A stretch of 56,297 bases of DNA from Eubacteriales bacterium (GTDB lineage: Bacteria > Bacillota > Clostridia > Oscillospirales > CAG-272), in NCBI GenBank assembly GCA_045576815.1, contig JAZNHD010000065.1:1-56297 (forward strand), in the 5' to 3' direction. Made by a program: the position numbers and the translations under genes. The notes below the pieces were generated by a model. It was not told the origin of the DNA. It did not search any database and was given only the letters and a program-made list of their open reading frames with translations. Below, one piece after another: positions 36,524 through 47,312 of this stretch (position 1 is the stretch's first letter; each line of letters begins with the position of its first letter).

Positions 36524-37216
36524 TTAATATCTTCTGACAAGCGCTCTCGTGAGTGTCGCCGACTTCTTTGCCGCTTCGGCTAAAAAGGTTGGGTAATCAA
36601 CGCTTGCCTCACCGTCTGCTGAGTCGGAAATTGCGCGAATAACGACGCACGGGGTCGAGTTAAGATAGCAAACCTGCGCAATAGCTCCACCCTCCATCTC
36701 ACAGGCGGAGGCGGAAAACTCACGGATAATCCTCTCGCGCTCGGTGGTACTTGCGATAAACTGGTCGCCCGAGGCAATAATGCCGACAAGGGCCTTCTGC
36801 CCCATCTTCTCCGCTTCCTCGGTGAGTATCTTCACCGCGCGAGCATCGGTGTCAAAATAAATCTTGCCAGTGCCGGAAATCAGTCCTTTCGGGTCGCCTG
36901 CCGACGTTGTATCCATATCGTGCTGGCAAAGCCTGTCGGCGATTACCGTATCTCCGGGGCAAATACCCTTTGCAAGTGCGCCGGCAACACCGGTATTCAC
37001 GATAAGTCTGGGGGAGTATCGCAAAATCATAGCCTCGCACGAGGTTGCGGCAAACACCTTGCCAATTCCGCACTGTGCAACGACCACGTGCTTTCCGTCA
37101 AGAAAGCCCTCGTGATAATCAACGCCCGACACTCTTGCGGTGCGGCGGTCCTCAAGGAGCGAGATAAGCTCCTCGACCTCGGGCGCCATAGCGCCGATAA
37201 TTCCAACGTCAATCAT
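36524..37216 (-). CDS. mtnN: 5'-methylthioadenosine/S-adenosylhomocysteine nucleosidase
   Basis: GIIGAM..E, CGIGKV, SGDQF, EMEG, RAISD. Confidence 0.95.
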   Translation of the reverse strand: MIDVGIIGAMAPEVEELISLLEDRRTARVSGVDYHEGFLDGKHVVVAQCGIGKVFAATSCEAMILRYSPRLIVNTGVAGALAKGICPGDTVIADRLCQHDMDTTSAGDPKGLISGTGKIYFDTDARAVKILTEEAEKMGQKALVGIIASGDQFIASTTERERIIREFSASACEMEGGAIAQVCYLNSTPCVVIRAISDSADGEASVDYPTFLAEAAKKSATLTRALVRRY

Positions 37217-37230
37217 ACAAACTCCAAAAA

Positions 37231-37692
37231 TTATTCTTTATATTTAAAATCCCACTCGTGTGAGGTCAGGATGGAAAGATACCTCTCACACTCGCGCTTT
37301 GCGGCTGAAATATCAAGGTTTTCATAGTTGCCGCACTCGACTCTCGCCTTGCCGAAAATCTCACCCTCGTGGGTGACGGTAAGTCTGAGAGCCTCGATGA
37401 CGGCAGAAAGCACCGCAGCGTTATCGGCGTCTCTTACGAGTAAATAAAAGCCTGTCTGACACCCCATAGGACCAAAGTAGATAATACTACTTGAAAGAGC
37501 TCCCGAGCGAAGATAAGTAGCCAGCATATGCTCTACCGAATGCATAGTTAGGTTGTCCATATATTCGCCGGCGTTAGGAACTCTCGTCCTCAGGTCGTAA
37601 GTAGTAACATCGCCGTCAATGCGCGACACGTATATACCCTCGGTGAGAGTATCGTGATTTATTCTGAAAGATGCAATCTTTTCGGGTATCAT
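37231..37692 (-). CDS. luxS: S-ribosylhomocysteine lyase
   Basis: HSVEH metal motif, GPMGCQTGFY, ECGNY. Confidence 0.95.
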   Translation of the reverse strand: MIPEKIASFRINHDTLTEGIYVSRIDGDVTTYDLRTRVPNAGEYMDNLTMHSVEHMLATYLRSGALSSSIIYFGPMGCQTGFYLLVRDADNAAVLSAVIEALRLTVTHEGEIFGKARVECGNYENLDISAAKRECERYLSILTSHEWDFKYKE

Positions 37693-37742
37693 AGCGCCTC
37701 CGAGGTGTGAAAAACTCTACACGGGTAGTGACTTACAGGGAT

Positions 37743-39134
37743 TTAGAACTTAATTCTTTCCGCGATATAGGACTTAACCTCAGAAAGAGGAATTCTCACC
37801 TGCTCCATGGTGTCTCTGTCGCGCACGGTAACGCAGCCGTCAGACTCGGTATCAAAGTCGTAGGTGATAGAGAAGGGCGTGCCTATCTCGTCCTCACGGC
37901 GATATCTCTTACCGATAGAGCCGGTCTCGTCAAAGTCTACGGGGAACTCCTTGGCAAGCTCGTCGTAAAGCTCGAGCGCCTTTTCGGAGAGCTTCTTCGA
38001 GAGAGGAAGCACTGCCGCCTTAACGGGCGCAAGAGCCGGGTGAAGATGAAGCACCACTCTTACGTCGCCTGCCGCAAGCTCCTCCTCGTCATACGCGTCA
38101 ACGAGGAATGCAAGCGCAACTCTGTCAGCGCCAAGCGAGGGCTCAACAACGTAAGGCACGTAGTGCTCGCCGGTCTCCTGGTCAAAGTATGTGAGGTCCT
38201 TACCCGAGTGGTTCTGATGCTGGGAGAGGTCATAGTCGGTTCTGTCAGCCACGCCCCAAAGCTCGCCCCAGCCGAACGGGAAGAGGAACTCGAAGTCGGT
38301 CGTCGCCTTAGAATAGAAGGAAAGCTCGTCTTTATCGTGGTCACGAAGACGAAGGTTCTCGTCACGCATACCGAGGTCAAGCAGCCACTTGTGACAAAAA
38401 TTCTTCCAATAATTAAACCACTCAAGGTCGGTGCCGGGCTTGCAGAAGAACTCAAGCTCCATCTGCTCGAACTCACGGGTTCTGAATACGAAGTTACCGG
38501 GGGTAATCTCGTTACGGAAGGACTTACCAATCTGGCAAACACCGAAGGGCAGCTTACGTCTTGCGGAGCGCTGGACCGAGGGGAAGTTTACGAAAATGCC
38601 CTGTGCAGTCTCGGGACGGAGATACACGGTATTAGTCGAATCCTCGGTAACACCTATAAAGGTCTTAAACATAAGATTAAACTTCTTGATATCGGTAAAG
38701 TCTGTGCCGCCGCACTCGGGGCAGGCTATGCCCTTTTCCTTAATGAACGCCGCCATCTCCTCAAAGGACCAAGCGGCAGGGTTATCGTCCGTACCGTTCT
38801 CGAAGGCGTACTCCTCAATGAGCTTGTCGGCTCTGTGACGCGCCTTACAACCCTTGCAGTCCATAAGAGGATCGGAAAATCCACCGACGTGGCCGGAGGC
38901 AACCCAAGCCTCAGGATTCATAATAATACCCGAATCAAGGCCTACGTTATAGCGTGACTCCTGTACAAATTTCTTCCACCACGCGCGCTTTACGTTGTTC
39001 TTAAACTCAACGCCAAGAGGGCCGTAGTCCCAAGAGTTTGCGAGACCGCCGTAAATTTCAGAGCCGGGATAAATGAAACCGCGGTTCTTACAGAGGGCAA
39101 CGATTTTTTCCATTGTCTTTTTGCTGTTTTCCAT
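37743..39134 (-). CDS. glyQS: Glycine--tRNA ligase (alpha2 type)
   Basis: [32 protein letters not shown]; start at ATG 39134 after a GGAGA RBS. Confidence 0.97.
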   Translation of the reverse strand: MENSKKTMEKIVALCKNRGFIYPGSEIYGGLANSWDYGPLGVEFKNNVKRAWWKKFVQESRYNVGLDSGIIMNPEAWVASGHVGGFSDPLMDCKGCKARHRADKLIEEYAFENGTDDNPAAWSFEEMAAFIKEKGIACPECGGTDFTDIKKFNLMFKTFIGVTEDSTNTVYLRPETAQGIFVNFPSVQRSARRKLPFGVCQIGKSFRNEITPGNFVFRTREFEQMELEFFCKPGTDLEWFNYWKNFCHKWLLDLGMRDENLRLRDHDKDELSFYSKATTDFEFLFPFGWGELWGVADRTDYDLSQHQNHSGKDLTYFDQETGEHYVPYVVEPSLGADRVALAFLVDAYDEEELAAGDVRVVLHLHPALAPVKAAVLPLSKKLSEKALELYDELAKEFPVDFDETGSIGKRYRREDEIGTPFSITYDFDTESDGCVTVRDRDTMEQVRIPLSEVKSYIAERIKF

Positions 39135-39163
39135 TGTTCTATCTCCAAAATTCAAATAATTAT

Positions 39164-40465
39164 TTACATTTTAATGTTTTTTCCAACTATGTTTCCGTCA
39201 CACACAGAAAGAGGTTTTACCAAAATCTCCCGCCCGACAAGCTCCTCAGAGCCATCGAACATAACCTCCATATAGGAGTCGGAGTGCCCTGTAGCTCTCC
39301 CCTCCGACACGCTCTCGCATATAACGGGCAAGGCTGCACCAAGCGCTACCGCCCTACCAAGCCGCCCGTCGCGCAAAGAACGCACAAGACGGCTAAGACG
39401 CTCGCTCCTCTCGTGCTTTATCTGCTCGGGCACCTGACTCTCAAAATCAGCAGCCGATGTACCCTCGCGTCGCGAATAGGCGAAAACGTGAGCGTCAAGA
39501 AGGTCAATCCTTTTTACCGCCTCCTCGGTGAGAATATAATCCTCCTCACACTCTCCGGGAAATCCAACCATCAGGTCGGCGGTAAACTCAATTTTCGGCA
39601 CCGCCCGACGCAGCTTATCCACCGCAGAAAATACCGTACCCATATTGTATCTGCGTCTCATAAGACGAAGAACCCTGTCAGAGCCGGACTGCAAGGAAAG
39701 ATGCAGGTGAGGCACCATTATTTTCGTAGAAAAGGCTTTTTCTATAAAGCTGTCGCACACAAGCTCGGGCGCCATAGAGCCAAGCCTTATCCTCCCGACG
39801 CTCTCGCGCCTGTCAAGCTCTACTATAAGGTCGCCAAGTGTGTACCCGTACCCTAAATCCTTGCCGTAGGCGGCAACCTCAATTCCGGTTAAGACAACCT
39901 CCGAAACACCGCTTTTGCCAAGCCCCTCAACCTCGGAGATAACCTCACGCATAGGCTTTGAGCGAACGCCGCCGCGAGCGGGAGCGATAGCACAGTATGA
40001 GCAGCGCGAGTCACAGCCGTCCTCTATTTTAACGTAGGCACGGCTCCTCGGTGCGCGCAGGACCGTCATAGCCTCAAAATCAGCATTTTCAAGCGGCAAA
40101 ATCTCTACACGGGGTAGCACCTCGCCCGAGAGCAGCCGCTCCGCCGCCTCTACAATCCGCAGCTTACCCACAGTACCGACGGCATAATCGGCACCGGCAT
40201 CAGTACACATATTCGCCGCCCTCTCGGAGTAGCAGCCCATAACGAGTATTTTCGCTTCGGGGTTCTGTCTTCTCGCACGCCTTATCGCCTTGCGCGACTT
40301 TGCGTCAGCCTCGGCGGTAACGGTACAGGTGTTTATAACGTATACGTCACAGGGCTGGATGAAATCCTTTACAAGAAAACCCCGTGCCGAAAGTGCCTCG
40401 GCTACCGCCTCGGTCTCATACTGCGACACCTTACAGCCGAGCGTCGTAAGTCCAACTGAATACAA
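39164..40465 (-). CDS. mtaB: tRNA (ms2t6A37) methylthiotransferase, radical SAM
   Basis: [34 protein letters not shown]. Confidence 0.92.
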   Translation of the reverse strand: MYSVGLTTLGCKVSQYETEAVAEALSARGFLVKDFIQPCDVYVINTCTVTAEADAKSRKAIRRARRQNPEAKILVMGCYSERAANMCTDAGADYAVGTVGKLRIVEAAERLLSGEVLPRVEILPLENADFEAMTVLRAPRSRAYVKIEDGCDSRCSYCAIAPARGGVRSKPMREVISEVEGLGKSGVSEVVLTGIEVAAYGKDLGYGYTLGDLIVELDRRESVGRIRLGSMAPELVCDSFIEKAFSTKIMVPHLHLSLQSGSDRVLRLMRRRYNMGTVFSAVDKLRRAVPKIEFTADLMVGFPGECEEDYILTEEAVKRIDLLDAHVFAYSRREGTSAADFESQVPEQIKHERSERLSRLVRSLRDGRLGRAVALGAALPVICESVSEGRATGHSDSYMEVMFDGSEELVGREILVKPLSVCDGNIVGKNIKM

Positions 40466-40599
40466 GGTGCACCTCCCGAGGAAAATTTACCGCATGGCAT
40501 TACATCTTATTTTAGCAGAAAAGGCGGCGCTTGTCAAGCCGTAGCCGCCACTTTCCGCTCTTCATTTATGATAAAATAAAATAATTTTTAACTTTACTA

Positions 40600-40630
40600 T
40601 TGACAAAATAGATAAAATAGGCTATAATAT
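40600..40630 (+). promoter_or_regulatory. Sigma-A promoter of the rpmH operon
   Basis: TTGACA at 40600 and TATATAAT at 40623-40630, with an AT-rich UP element. Confidence 0.7.
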
Positions 40631-40710
40631 ACTCTGCTTTCGTGTGAAAACGCAACTTGTGGGCAATACACTTGCCTTAGACGTTAGAATATTTTCAAAG
40701 GAGGTGCAAC

Positions 40711-40845
40711 ATGAAAAGAACATATCAGCCCAAGAAAAGACAGAGAAAAAAGGAGCACGGCTTCAGAAAAAGAATGGCAACCGCTAACGGCAGAAAGGTT
40801 CTTAAGAGAAGACGCGCCAAGGGTAGAGCAAGACTCACCTACTGA
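40711..40845 (+). CDS. rpmH: 50S ribosomal protein L34 (not in ORF track)
   Basis: AAGGAGGT RBS; [44 protein letters not shown]. Confidence 0.98.
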   Translation: MKRTYQPKKRQRKKEHGFRKRMATANGRKVLKRRRAKGRARLTY

Positions 40846-40932
40846 TAAGTCACAAATGACAAGCAAGCCTCCGATAGCCGACGTAAAGGTATCGGGGGCT
40901 TTGAACTACAAAAAGAAAAAAGGAGCTATGAG

Positions 40933-41364
40933 ATGAAGTTCAGAGCAATTTGCGAAAACCATCTCTATTCCAAGGCTTACACGAAGGGCAAGAGAGCGGT
41001 GACGTCGGCTCTCGCAGTTTACGTTCTGCCCGACTACAGGGCACGGGTGCTTGCTAAGGCGCACCCGGAGAAGAAAACGGTGAACCGCATAGGTCTCACC
41101 ACCTCAACGAAGCTTGGAGGTGCGGTGGTAAGGAGCCGCACGCGCCGTATTATGCGCGAGGGACTTCGGGCGCTTGAAAAAAAGCATAGGCTCAAGGTAG
41201 GCTTCCTCATTGTAATAGCCGCGCGCACGGCGGCAACCAAGCTAAAGAGCTATGATATCGAGAGGGAGCTTGATATCGCGTTTCGAAGGCTCTCAATGTA
41301 TGCGGACGAAAAAAATGAAAACGAGAAGAGACCTCAACAAAACCGAGAGGGTCATAGCGTATGA
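40933..41364 (+). CDS. rnpA: Ribonuclease P protein component
   Basis: [21 protein letters not shown] (RNR-like motif); follows rpmH. Confidence 0.93.
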   Translation: MKFRAICENHLYSKAYTKGKRAVTSALAVYVLPDYRARVLAKAHPEKKTVNRIGLTTSTKLGGAVVRSRTRRIMREGLRALEKKHRLKVGFLIVIAARTAATKLKSYDIERELDIAFRRLSMYADEKNENEKRPQQNREGHSV

Positions 41365-41639
41365 AGCACGTTATGATATGGCTCGTTAAGCTGTACCGCA
41401 AATTTATCTCTCCCATAAAGCCGGCATGCTGCAGGTTCACACCGACCTGCTCCGAATACGCCCTCGAGGCATTTTCAAAGCGCGGCTTTTTCGTAGGATT
41501 TATACTTACGGTGTGGCGGATACTTCGCTGCAACCCCTTCTCGCGCGGAGGCTACGACCCCGTGCCCGAGCGCGGCTTCAGAAATCCTGAGGGCATCACA
41601 CCCCCTATAAGCGAAGACACCGAACAAAAAGAAAATTAA
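41361..41639 (+). CDS. yidD: Membrane protein insertion efficiency factor
   Basis: [26 protein letters not shown]. Confidence 0.95.
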   Translation: MKHVMIWLVKLYRKFISPIKPACCRFTPTCSEYALEAFSKRGFFVGFILTVWRILRCNPFSRGGYDPVPERGFRNPEGITPPISEDTEQKEN

Positions 41640-41654
41640 TATTGAGGTATTTAT

Positions 41655-42707
41655 ATGGAATGGCTATTCGGATGGCTATACGGCCCGATAGGCTCGATGC
41701 TTTCGTGGTTCAGTAGCCTCTTTGGCGGAAGCTACGCTCTCGCGCTCTTGCTTTACGCCCTTCTTTTCAAGCTGCTATTTTTGCCCTTTTCGATAAAGCA
41801 GCAGAAAAATCAGATTAAAATGGCACGCCTCACCCCGAAAATCGAGCTCATCAAGGCGAAGTACAGGGGCAGAAACGACCAGCCCACAATGCAGAAAATG
41901 CAGCAGGAAATTATGGAGCTTCAGCAGAAGGAGGGCTACAGCCCCCTATCCGGCTGTCTTCCCCTTCTCCTTCAGCTGCCCGTAATTATCTTCCTTTACG
42001 ACATTATCAGAAACCCCCTTACGCATATTGCGAAATTCTCCGCGGAAACCATTACTAAAATCCGCGAGATTATCGGTGAGGCGGCAACCGGTGTTGACGA
42101 GATAAAGCTCATCTCGCTCATAAACGAGAATCTTGCAAAGCTCGACGGCGTCGCAGGCTTTGACTCCGCGGCTATCCCGAGCTTCGATTTCTTCGGTCTT
42201 AACCTTGCCAACACCCCCGATATTATGAATATCAGCTGGCTTGTGGTTATCCCCGTGCTTGCTGCGGCTTTCACCTGGCTTTCGATGTGGCTGTCTCGCA
42301 AGTGGAACGGTAACGCAGGCGCCGTTGCAGGTCAGGACGCGCAGGCTGCGGCTTCGATGAAGATTATGGACCTCGTTATGCCGCTTATGACGCTCTGGAT
42401 TGCATTCAGCTTCTCCGGCATGCTCGGTCTTTACTGGATTTACCAGTCGGCGCTCGGCATTCTCCAGTCCTTTATTCTCTCCCGCGTTATGCCTATGCCC
42501 CATTACACCGAGGAGGAGCTTAAGGAGATGAGAAAGGCTGAAAAGGCCGCAGAAAAGGCGCAGAGACAGGCTCTTAAATCTCAGCCTAAATACCGCTCTC
42601 TTCACTATATCGACGAGGACGACTACGACGAGCTCCCCGAGGTGAAGACTCAGAGCAACACGAAAAAGACAACCGGTGGAATAGATGCCCCCGAGATTAA
42701 GGACTAA
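41655..42707 (+). CDS. yidC: YidC/Oxa1 membrane protein insertase
   Basis: SGCLPLLLQLP, GLYW and operon position. Confidence 0.93.
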   Translation: MEWLFGWLYGPIGSMLSWFSSLFGGSYALALLLYALLFKLLFLPFSIKQQKNQIKMARLTPKIELIKAKYRGRNDQPTMQKMQQEIMELQQKEGYSPLSGCLPLLLQLPVIIFLYDIIRNPLTHIAKFSAETITKIREIIGEAATGVDEIKLISLINENLAKLDGVAGFDSAAIPSFDFFGLNLANTPDIMNISWLVVIPVLAAAFTWLSMWLSRKWNGNAGAVAGQDAQAAASMKIMDLVMPLMTLWIAFSFSGMLGLYWIYQSALGILQSFILSRVMPMPHYTEEELKEMRKAEKAAEKAQRQALKSQPKYRSLHYIDEDDYDELPEVKTQSNTKKTTGGIDAPEIKD

Positions 42708-42721
42708 CAGAGGAATTACTG

Positions 42722-43738
42722 ATGATTAAGGAAATAACAGCAGCCGGCAAGGATATCCTTGAGGCTAAGGACAACGCCCGTGCCGCACTCGGCGCAGGCG
42801 AGCTTGACGACGTACAGTTTGAAATTATAGACGCGGGCACTAAGGGCTTCTTCGGCTTTATGAGCAGACCCGCCAAGGTAAGAGCCTATATCGAGCTCCC
42901 CGACACCCAGCCCCGCCGCGAGAGACCTCGCCGTGAAAAGCCCCGCCGTGAAAACACGGAGGCAGCAGCCGTCGAGACTGCAGCAAATGAGACGGCGGCA
43001 GAAAAGGCCGAGGGCGGCACAAAGAGAAAGCGCAGAAGACGCGGCTCAAGACAGGACAGACAAATTCCCGATATGACGGGCGTTACCCCCTCGAAGCCTA
43101 AGGGTGAGGTTATCCCCGAGGCAGAGCTCAAGATGGAGCGCCGCGAGGTTGCAGAGGGTGAGGATATGTCATACGACTTCGTTAAGAAGCTCCTCTCCGA
43201 TATCGGACTCTCGGCCACCGCAGAGCTCTACTCATGCGAGGACGGCACGAGAAGGATTACCGTCGTCGGCGAGGACGCGTCGGTGCTTATCGGCCACCAC
43301 GGCGACACCCTTGACGCGCTTCAGTATCTTGCAAATCTTGCATCCGCGAGAAAGAACGCTCAGGGTGAGCGTGATAAGAGTCGCGTGACGGTTGACATCG
43401 AGGGCTACAGAAAAAAGAGAGAGGAGACTCTCCGCGCTCTCGCACGCAGAATGGCAGCAAAGGCTCTGCGCAACAAGAGAAGCGTTATGCTCGAGCCGAT
43501 GAGCGCATACGAGCGCAGAATCATTCACTCCGAAATTCAGAATATTGAGGGTGTTTCGACAAACTCAATAGGCTCCGACAACAACAGAAAGATAGTTATC
43601 TTCCTCACCGATAAGAAGCCTCATGAAATCTTTGAAGAAGAGGAAGCAGTTGACACCGTGCTTGACACCGCAATAGCCGAGAGCGAAGCAAAAGAGGCTG
43701 ACGAGGCTGAGGCTGCAGAGCCCACCGAGGAAGTGTAA
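42722..43738 (+). CDS. jag: Jag/EloR/KhpB RNA-binding protein (Jag_N, KH, R3H)
   Basis: LIGHHGDTLDALQYL and ERRIIH motifs. Confidence 0.93.
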   Translation: MIKEITAAGKDILEAKDNARAALGAGELDDVQFEIIDAGTKGFFGFMSRPAKVRAYIELPDTQPRRERPRREKPRRENTEAAAVETAANETAAEKAEGGTKRKRRRRGSRQDRQIPDMTGVTPSKPKGEVIPEAELKMERREVAEGEDMSYDFVKKLLSDIGLSATAELYSCEDGTRRITVVGEDASVLIGHHGDTLDALQYLANLASARKNAQGERDKSRVTVDIEGYRKKREETLRALARRMAAKALRNKRSVMLEPMSAYERRIIHSEIQNIEGVSTNSIGSDNNRKIVIFLTDKKPHEIFEEEEAVDTVLDTAIAESEAKEADEAEAAEPTEEV

Positions 43739-45138
43739 TGTCGGCGCTTTACGACACTATCGCGGCAATCTCAACCCCACCCGGCAAGGGTGGGGTTGCC
43801 GTTATAAGAATATCGGGCGAGGATGCCGCATCTGTTGCCTCGCGCGTGTTTGTGGGCAAAAGCGGCGCACCCGTGTCGCGTTTTTCGCCTCGCACGGCAA
43901 TCTATGGCAAAATCGTATCAGACGGCGAGACACTCGACGACGTCATCCTCACCTACTTCAAGGCACCCGCCTCATACACCGGCGAGGACACGGTGGAGAT
44001 ATCCTGTCACGGCGGTGTGCTCGTAACGAGTGAGGTGCTGCGCGCAGTCCTTACCGCCGGTGCAAGATGTGCCGAGGCAGGCGAGTTCACCCGCCGTGCG
44101 TTTATAAACGGGCGTCTTTCACTTACCGAGGCGGAAGCAATAGGCACACTTCTCTCGGCAGAGAGCCTCGAGCAGCTTCGCCTTGCAAGCGAGCCTTCGC
44201 GCAAAAAAACAAACGACAGCATGGCAGCGATACGCGAGAGCCTTGTCGGAATTATGAGCTCCATCTACGCCCGCATTGACTATCCCGACGAGGACCTTGG
44301 AGATTACACGGACGAGGAGCTTCTCCGGGCTTTATATAATATAAAGGAAGAGCTTTCCTCGCTTATCGCAACCTACAAGACGGGTAAGGCTATATGCGAG
44401 GGTATAAGAGCCGTCATAATAGGCTCGCCTAACGCGGGCAAGAGCTCGCTTTACAATCTCTTAGTTGGCAAAGAGGCTGCTATAGTCACTAGCATCGCAG
44501 GAACGACGCGCGACCTGCTCACCGAGAGCGTATCGCTTGGCAGAGTTATGCTCCGCCTCACCGACACCGCCGGTATTCGCGAAGCCTGTGATGAGGTTGA
44601 GGCAATTGGCGTGTGCCGTGCAAAAGAGAGGGCGGCGGATGCAGAGCTTTTAATCGCTTTATTCGATGCCTCACACGCACCCACAGACTCCGACCGGGAG
44701 ATAATGGCACTCATAACGGAAAGCCGCGCGGCAAGGATAGTCCTCTTCAACAAGTCCGACCTCGGCATATCGCCCGAGTGGGAGGGTGTGCGAAAAGAGC
44801 TAGCTAAAACCGTTGATTTTCTGCTTGATGTATCTATAAAACACGACACGGGTACTACCGTATCCGAAATCACGCGCTGTGTCGAGCGACTTTTCACAGA
44901 CGAGAAAATCAAGGTGGGCGAGTCGCCGATACTCTTTACCGCCCGCCTTCACGCAAAGGTCGCACGCGCCACAGAGTTCGTTACGGAAGCGTATATCTCA
45001 CTCCTTGGCGGTCACTCGCAGGACACCGTATCCTCGGATATTGAAAGAGCGCTCGCCGCCCTCACAGACTCCGATGCCCGTGAGGTGAATGAGGACGTTG
45101 TCAGCGACATCTTCTCTAAATTCTGTGTTGGGAAATAG
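43738..45138 (+). CDS. mnmE: tRNA modification GTPase
   Basis: DTIAAISTP, GEFTRRAFING, GSPNAGKS, GTTRD, DTAG, FCVGK. Confidence 0.97.
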   Translation: MSALYDTIAAISTPPGKGGVAVIRISGEDAASVASRVFVGKSGAPVSRFSPRTAIYGKIVSDGETLDDVILTYFKAPASYTGEDTVEISCHGGVLVTSEVLRAVLTAGARCAEAGEFTRRAFINGRLSLTEAEAIGTLLSAESLEQLRLASEPSRKKTNDSMAAIRESLVGIMSSIYARIDYPDEDLGDYTDEELLRALYNIKEELSSLIATYKTGKAICEGIRAVIIGSPNAGKSSLYNLLVGKEAAIVTSIAGTTRDLLTESVSLGRVMLRLTDTAGIREACDEVEAIGVCRAKERAADAELLIALFDASHAPTDSDREIMALITESRAARIVLFNKSDLGISPEWEGVRKELAKTVDFLLDVSIKHDTGTTVSEITRCVERLFTDEKIKVGESPILFTARLHAKVARATEFVTEAYISLLGGHSQDTVSSDIERALAALTDSDAREVNEDVVSDIFSKFCVGK

Positions 45139-45145
45139 GTGCTTT

Positions 45146-45475
45146 ATGGAAGAAAAAAGATTTAAGAAACACGACTCGGGCTTTACCTGCCTTGCCTGCG
45201 GCAAGGAGGTGCTTCCGCTTGGCTACACCTCGCGCAACCACTGCCCCTTTTGCCTATCGTCACTTCACGTCGATATAAACCCCGGTGACAGACAGAACGC
45301 CTGCCGCGGAATTCTACGCCCCGTAAGAGCGCTCCCTGACGCAAGGCGCGGCTTTATCATAATCCATCGCTGCGAGAAGTGCGGTGCCGAGGTGCGTAAC
45401 AAAGCAGCGCACGAGGCAAAAATCCAACCCGACAATATGGAGTTAATTATTAAACTGACAGCCGGAATTAATTGA
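45146..45475 (+). CDS. RNHCP domain protein
   Basis: CLAC...SRNHCPFCLSSLHVDINPGDR...C..CG. Confidence 0.9.
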   Translation: MEEKRFKKHDSGFTCLACGKEVLPLGYTSRNHCPFCLSSLHVDINPGDRQNACRGILRPVRALPDARRGFIIIHRCEKCGAEVRNKAAHEAKIQPDNMELIIKLTAGIN

Positions 45476-45589
45476 ACACCGCATACTAAAGAGCGAAAGC
45501 AATGGCGCGTACTCTTAAGTACAGTTTTGAACTTAAAAAGAATATCTTATTTACTGACAAAAATGACAGAGAACACTTTACATTCTCTG

Positions 45590-45808
45590 TCATTTTTTTG
45601 ACTGTTTTGTAGTATTATCTTTACTTTCAGCAATATTTTCTTCTTTGATTTGAACAGCAAATTCGGGAAAACAAAGCAAAAAGCAATCGCACTCGTCGCA
45701 ACAACACTCAAAACCTTGCTCGCCGTTACCAAGGCAAACGGTAGGGATTCCCGGCATAAGCTCAATACCGGTAATGTCTATAATCTTTTCTTGAATGTTC
45801 TTGTTCAT
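45590..45808 (-). CDS. Small Cys-rich hypothetical protein
   Basis: GGGGGA RBS; GIELMPG...CLGNG...ECCCDECDCFLLCF. Confidence 0.65.
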   Translation of the reverse strand: MNKNIQEKIIDITGIELMPGIPTVCLGNGEQGFECCCDECDCFLLCFPEFAVQIKEENIAESKDNTTKQSKK

Positions 45809-45825
45809 ATATCCCCCATCAGCAT

Positions 45826-46036
45826 ATAAAAAGGTGCGCAACCGAAGTCACGCACCGAAAAACGCAAACTCCAAGTTGTCGCCAAACGAACTTATACGCA
45901 GATAGGGTTTGCACACCATCAAACGGGAGTCGCATTTTTACCAAATGGATTCGTTTTATAGTGTGCCGAAAAAGGGTATAATTATCCCATAAAGAAAAAT
46001 ATACCTATCAGCGCGATTGTTAAGTTCGTTTGGCAC
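45826..46036 (-). ncRNA. Candidate ~200-nt structured RNA or attenuator leader
   Basis: Minus-strand promoter TTTACA-17-TATAAT (46069-46041), long closing stem, and a terminator GGTGCGTGAC-TTCG-GTTGCGCACC-TTTTT. Confidence 0.55.
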
Positions 46037-46118
46037 AACTATTATATCACGAATTTCCGGATTTGTAAATGTTTTTAGTTAATTTTATAAAATTACCTTC
46101 CGGGAGGTAGAAAAATGC

Positions 46119-46236
46119 CTCCCTTGTGTAAAGGGAGGTGGCACGGCTTGACGTGACGGAGGGATTGTAAAGAGTTGAATTTTATAAATAAACAATCCCT
46201 CAGTCGCTGTGCGACAGCTCCCTTTGCACAAGGGAG
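46119..46236. repeat. REP-like inverted doublet (REPIN/MITE-like)
   Basis: CTCCCTTGTGTAAAGGGAG...GAGGGATTGT and ACAATCCCTC...CTCCCTTTGCACAAGGGAG in inverted orientation; each end is itself a hairpin. Confidence 0.75.
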
Positions 46237-46437
46237 CTTTTTATGTTCATCTATGACTTATCAATTTTCCAGACAGACAAGCACTGCATTTGCGTCCACA
46301 AATGTAAAAACCTCTTTCGAGATATACCGTATTTAGAAAACTGTCCTTTAGAGTGATGCTCTAAGCCTTTCGCTCTTTTTCTTTTATCAGTTTCTCTTTA
46401 TTTAATTAAAATTCCGTCAACAATTACCGTAATACTC

Positions 46438-46466
46438 TTGCTAAACGGAAAATTTTGTGATATGAT
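46438..46466 (+). promoter_or_regulatory. Probable atp operon promoter
   Basis: TTGCTA-17 nt-TATGAT with an extended TG. Confidence 0.6.
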
Positions 46467-46519
46467 GTATATAATATGTATTATTGAAGAATTTCTCTTA
46501 AGATTTTAGGGGGTAACAG

Positions 46520-46804
46520 GTGCATAAAAGGATTTTTTCCGCCGTATTTATCTTAAACACTTTGTTTCAGGCACTGCTTACACTCCTTTTTCCGATAGGC
46601 ATAGGGCTTCTCTTTTCCTTTATTTCGGTGTCTTTTTGGTCATTTCCCTCTTACACCTACGCGATAGCTGTGCCCGTCGGAGCTATACTTGGCATCTATT
46701 CTATGATTCGCTTTATCCTCTCGACAATGCGCGCGCTTGAGGCAATTGAAGGCGAGAGGGACAAAAAAACCTACAGTACGGGTAATAATAATGAAGAAAA
46801 ATAA
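46520..46804 (+). CDS. AtpZ/AtpI-family membrane protein
   Basis: Two TM helices; first gene of the atp operon. Confidence 0.7.
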   Translation: MHKRIFSAVFILNTLFQALLTLLFPIGIGLLFSFISVSFWSFPSYTYAIAVPVGAILGIYSMIRFILSTMRALEAIEGERDKKTYSTGNNNEEK

Positions 46805-47312
46805 ATCTAAAAATCACGAGGCAGCGCTTCTTACGGCAGGTGAAATCCTGGTTGCTGCCATAACGGTGCTTGGCTATCTTCTCGTCAGCCTTATATTCAC
46901 CGAGGTCGTCTTTGACTACACCGTTATCACGGGTGCCGCCCTAGGAGCTGCCGTTATAATTCTGAATTTCCTCTTTCTCTCGGTATCGGTAAACCGTGCA
47001 GTAGACGAGTTTCTCTCCCTGCGTACCTCGCGCGAGATGACCGAGGAGGAGGCGGAAGCCTTTGCTGCCGAGCACTCTATGAAAATCGAGAACACTATTA
47101 AAACCTCGTTCATTATAAGAACAGTGACTATGCTCGCGACGCTCATTGTCGCATTTTTAACCCCTGTATTTAACCCGATAGCCGCGGCTATCCCCCTTCT
47201 CGCATTCCGACCGGTGCTTACCGTGTCGAGCATGCTCGCGAGAAAATTCACCCCCATGCCACCGCCGACAAGCGAGGCATCAGTAAAGGAGAGTGATATA
47301 ATTGGAAATTGA
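46791..47312 (+). CDS. atpI: ATP synthase subunit I-like membrane protein
   Basis: Four TM helices, immediately upstream of atpB. Confidence 0.7.
   Translation: MKKNKSKNHEAALLTAGEILVAAITVLGYLLVSLIFTEVVFDYTVITGAALGAAVIILNFLFLSVSVNRAVDEFLSLRTSREMTEEEAEAFAAEHSMKIENTIKTSFIIRTVTMLATLIVAFLTPVFNPIAAAIPLLAFRPVLTVSSMLARKFTPMPPPTSEASVKESDIIGN

Noticed and set aside
37707-38957. 416-aa plus-strand ORF
   Set aside because: Antisense shadow of glyQS, explained by its codon bias; no recognisable motifs.
40466-40710. oriC upstream of rpmH
   Set aside because: No dnaA and no DnaA boxes seen; only promoter elements.
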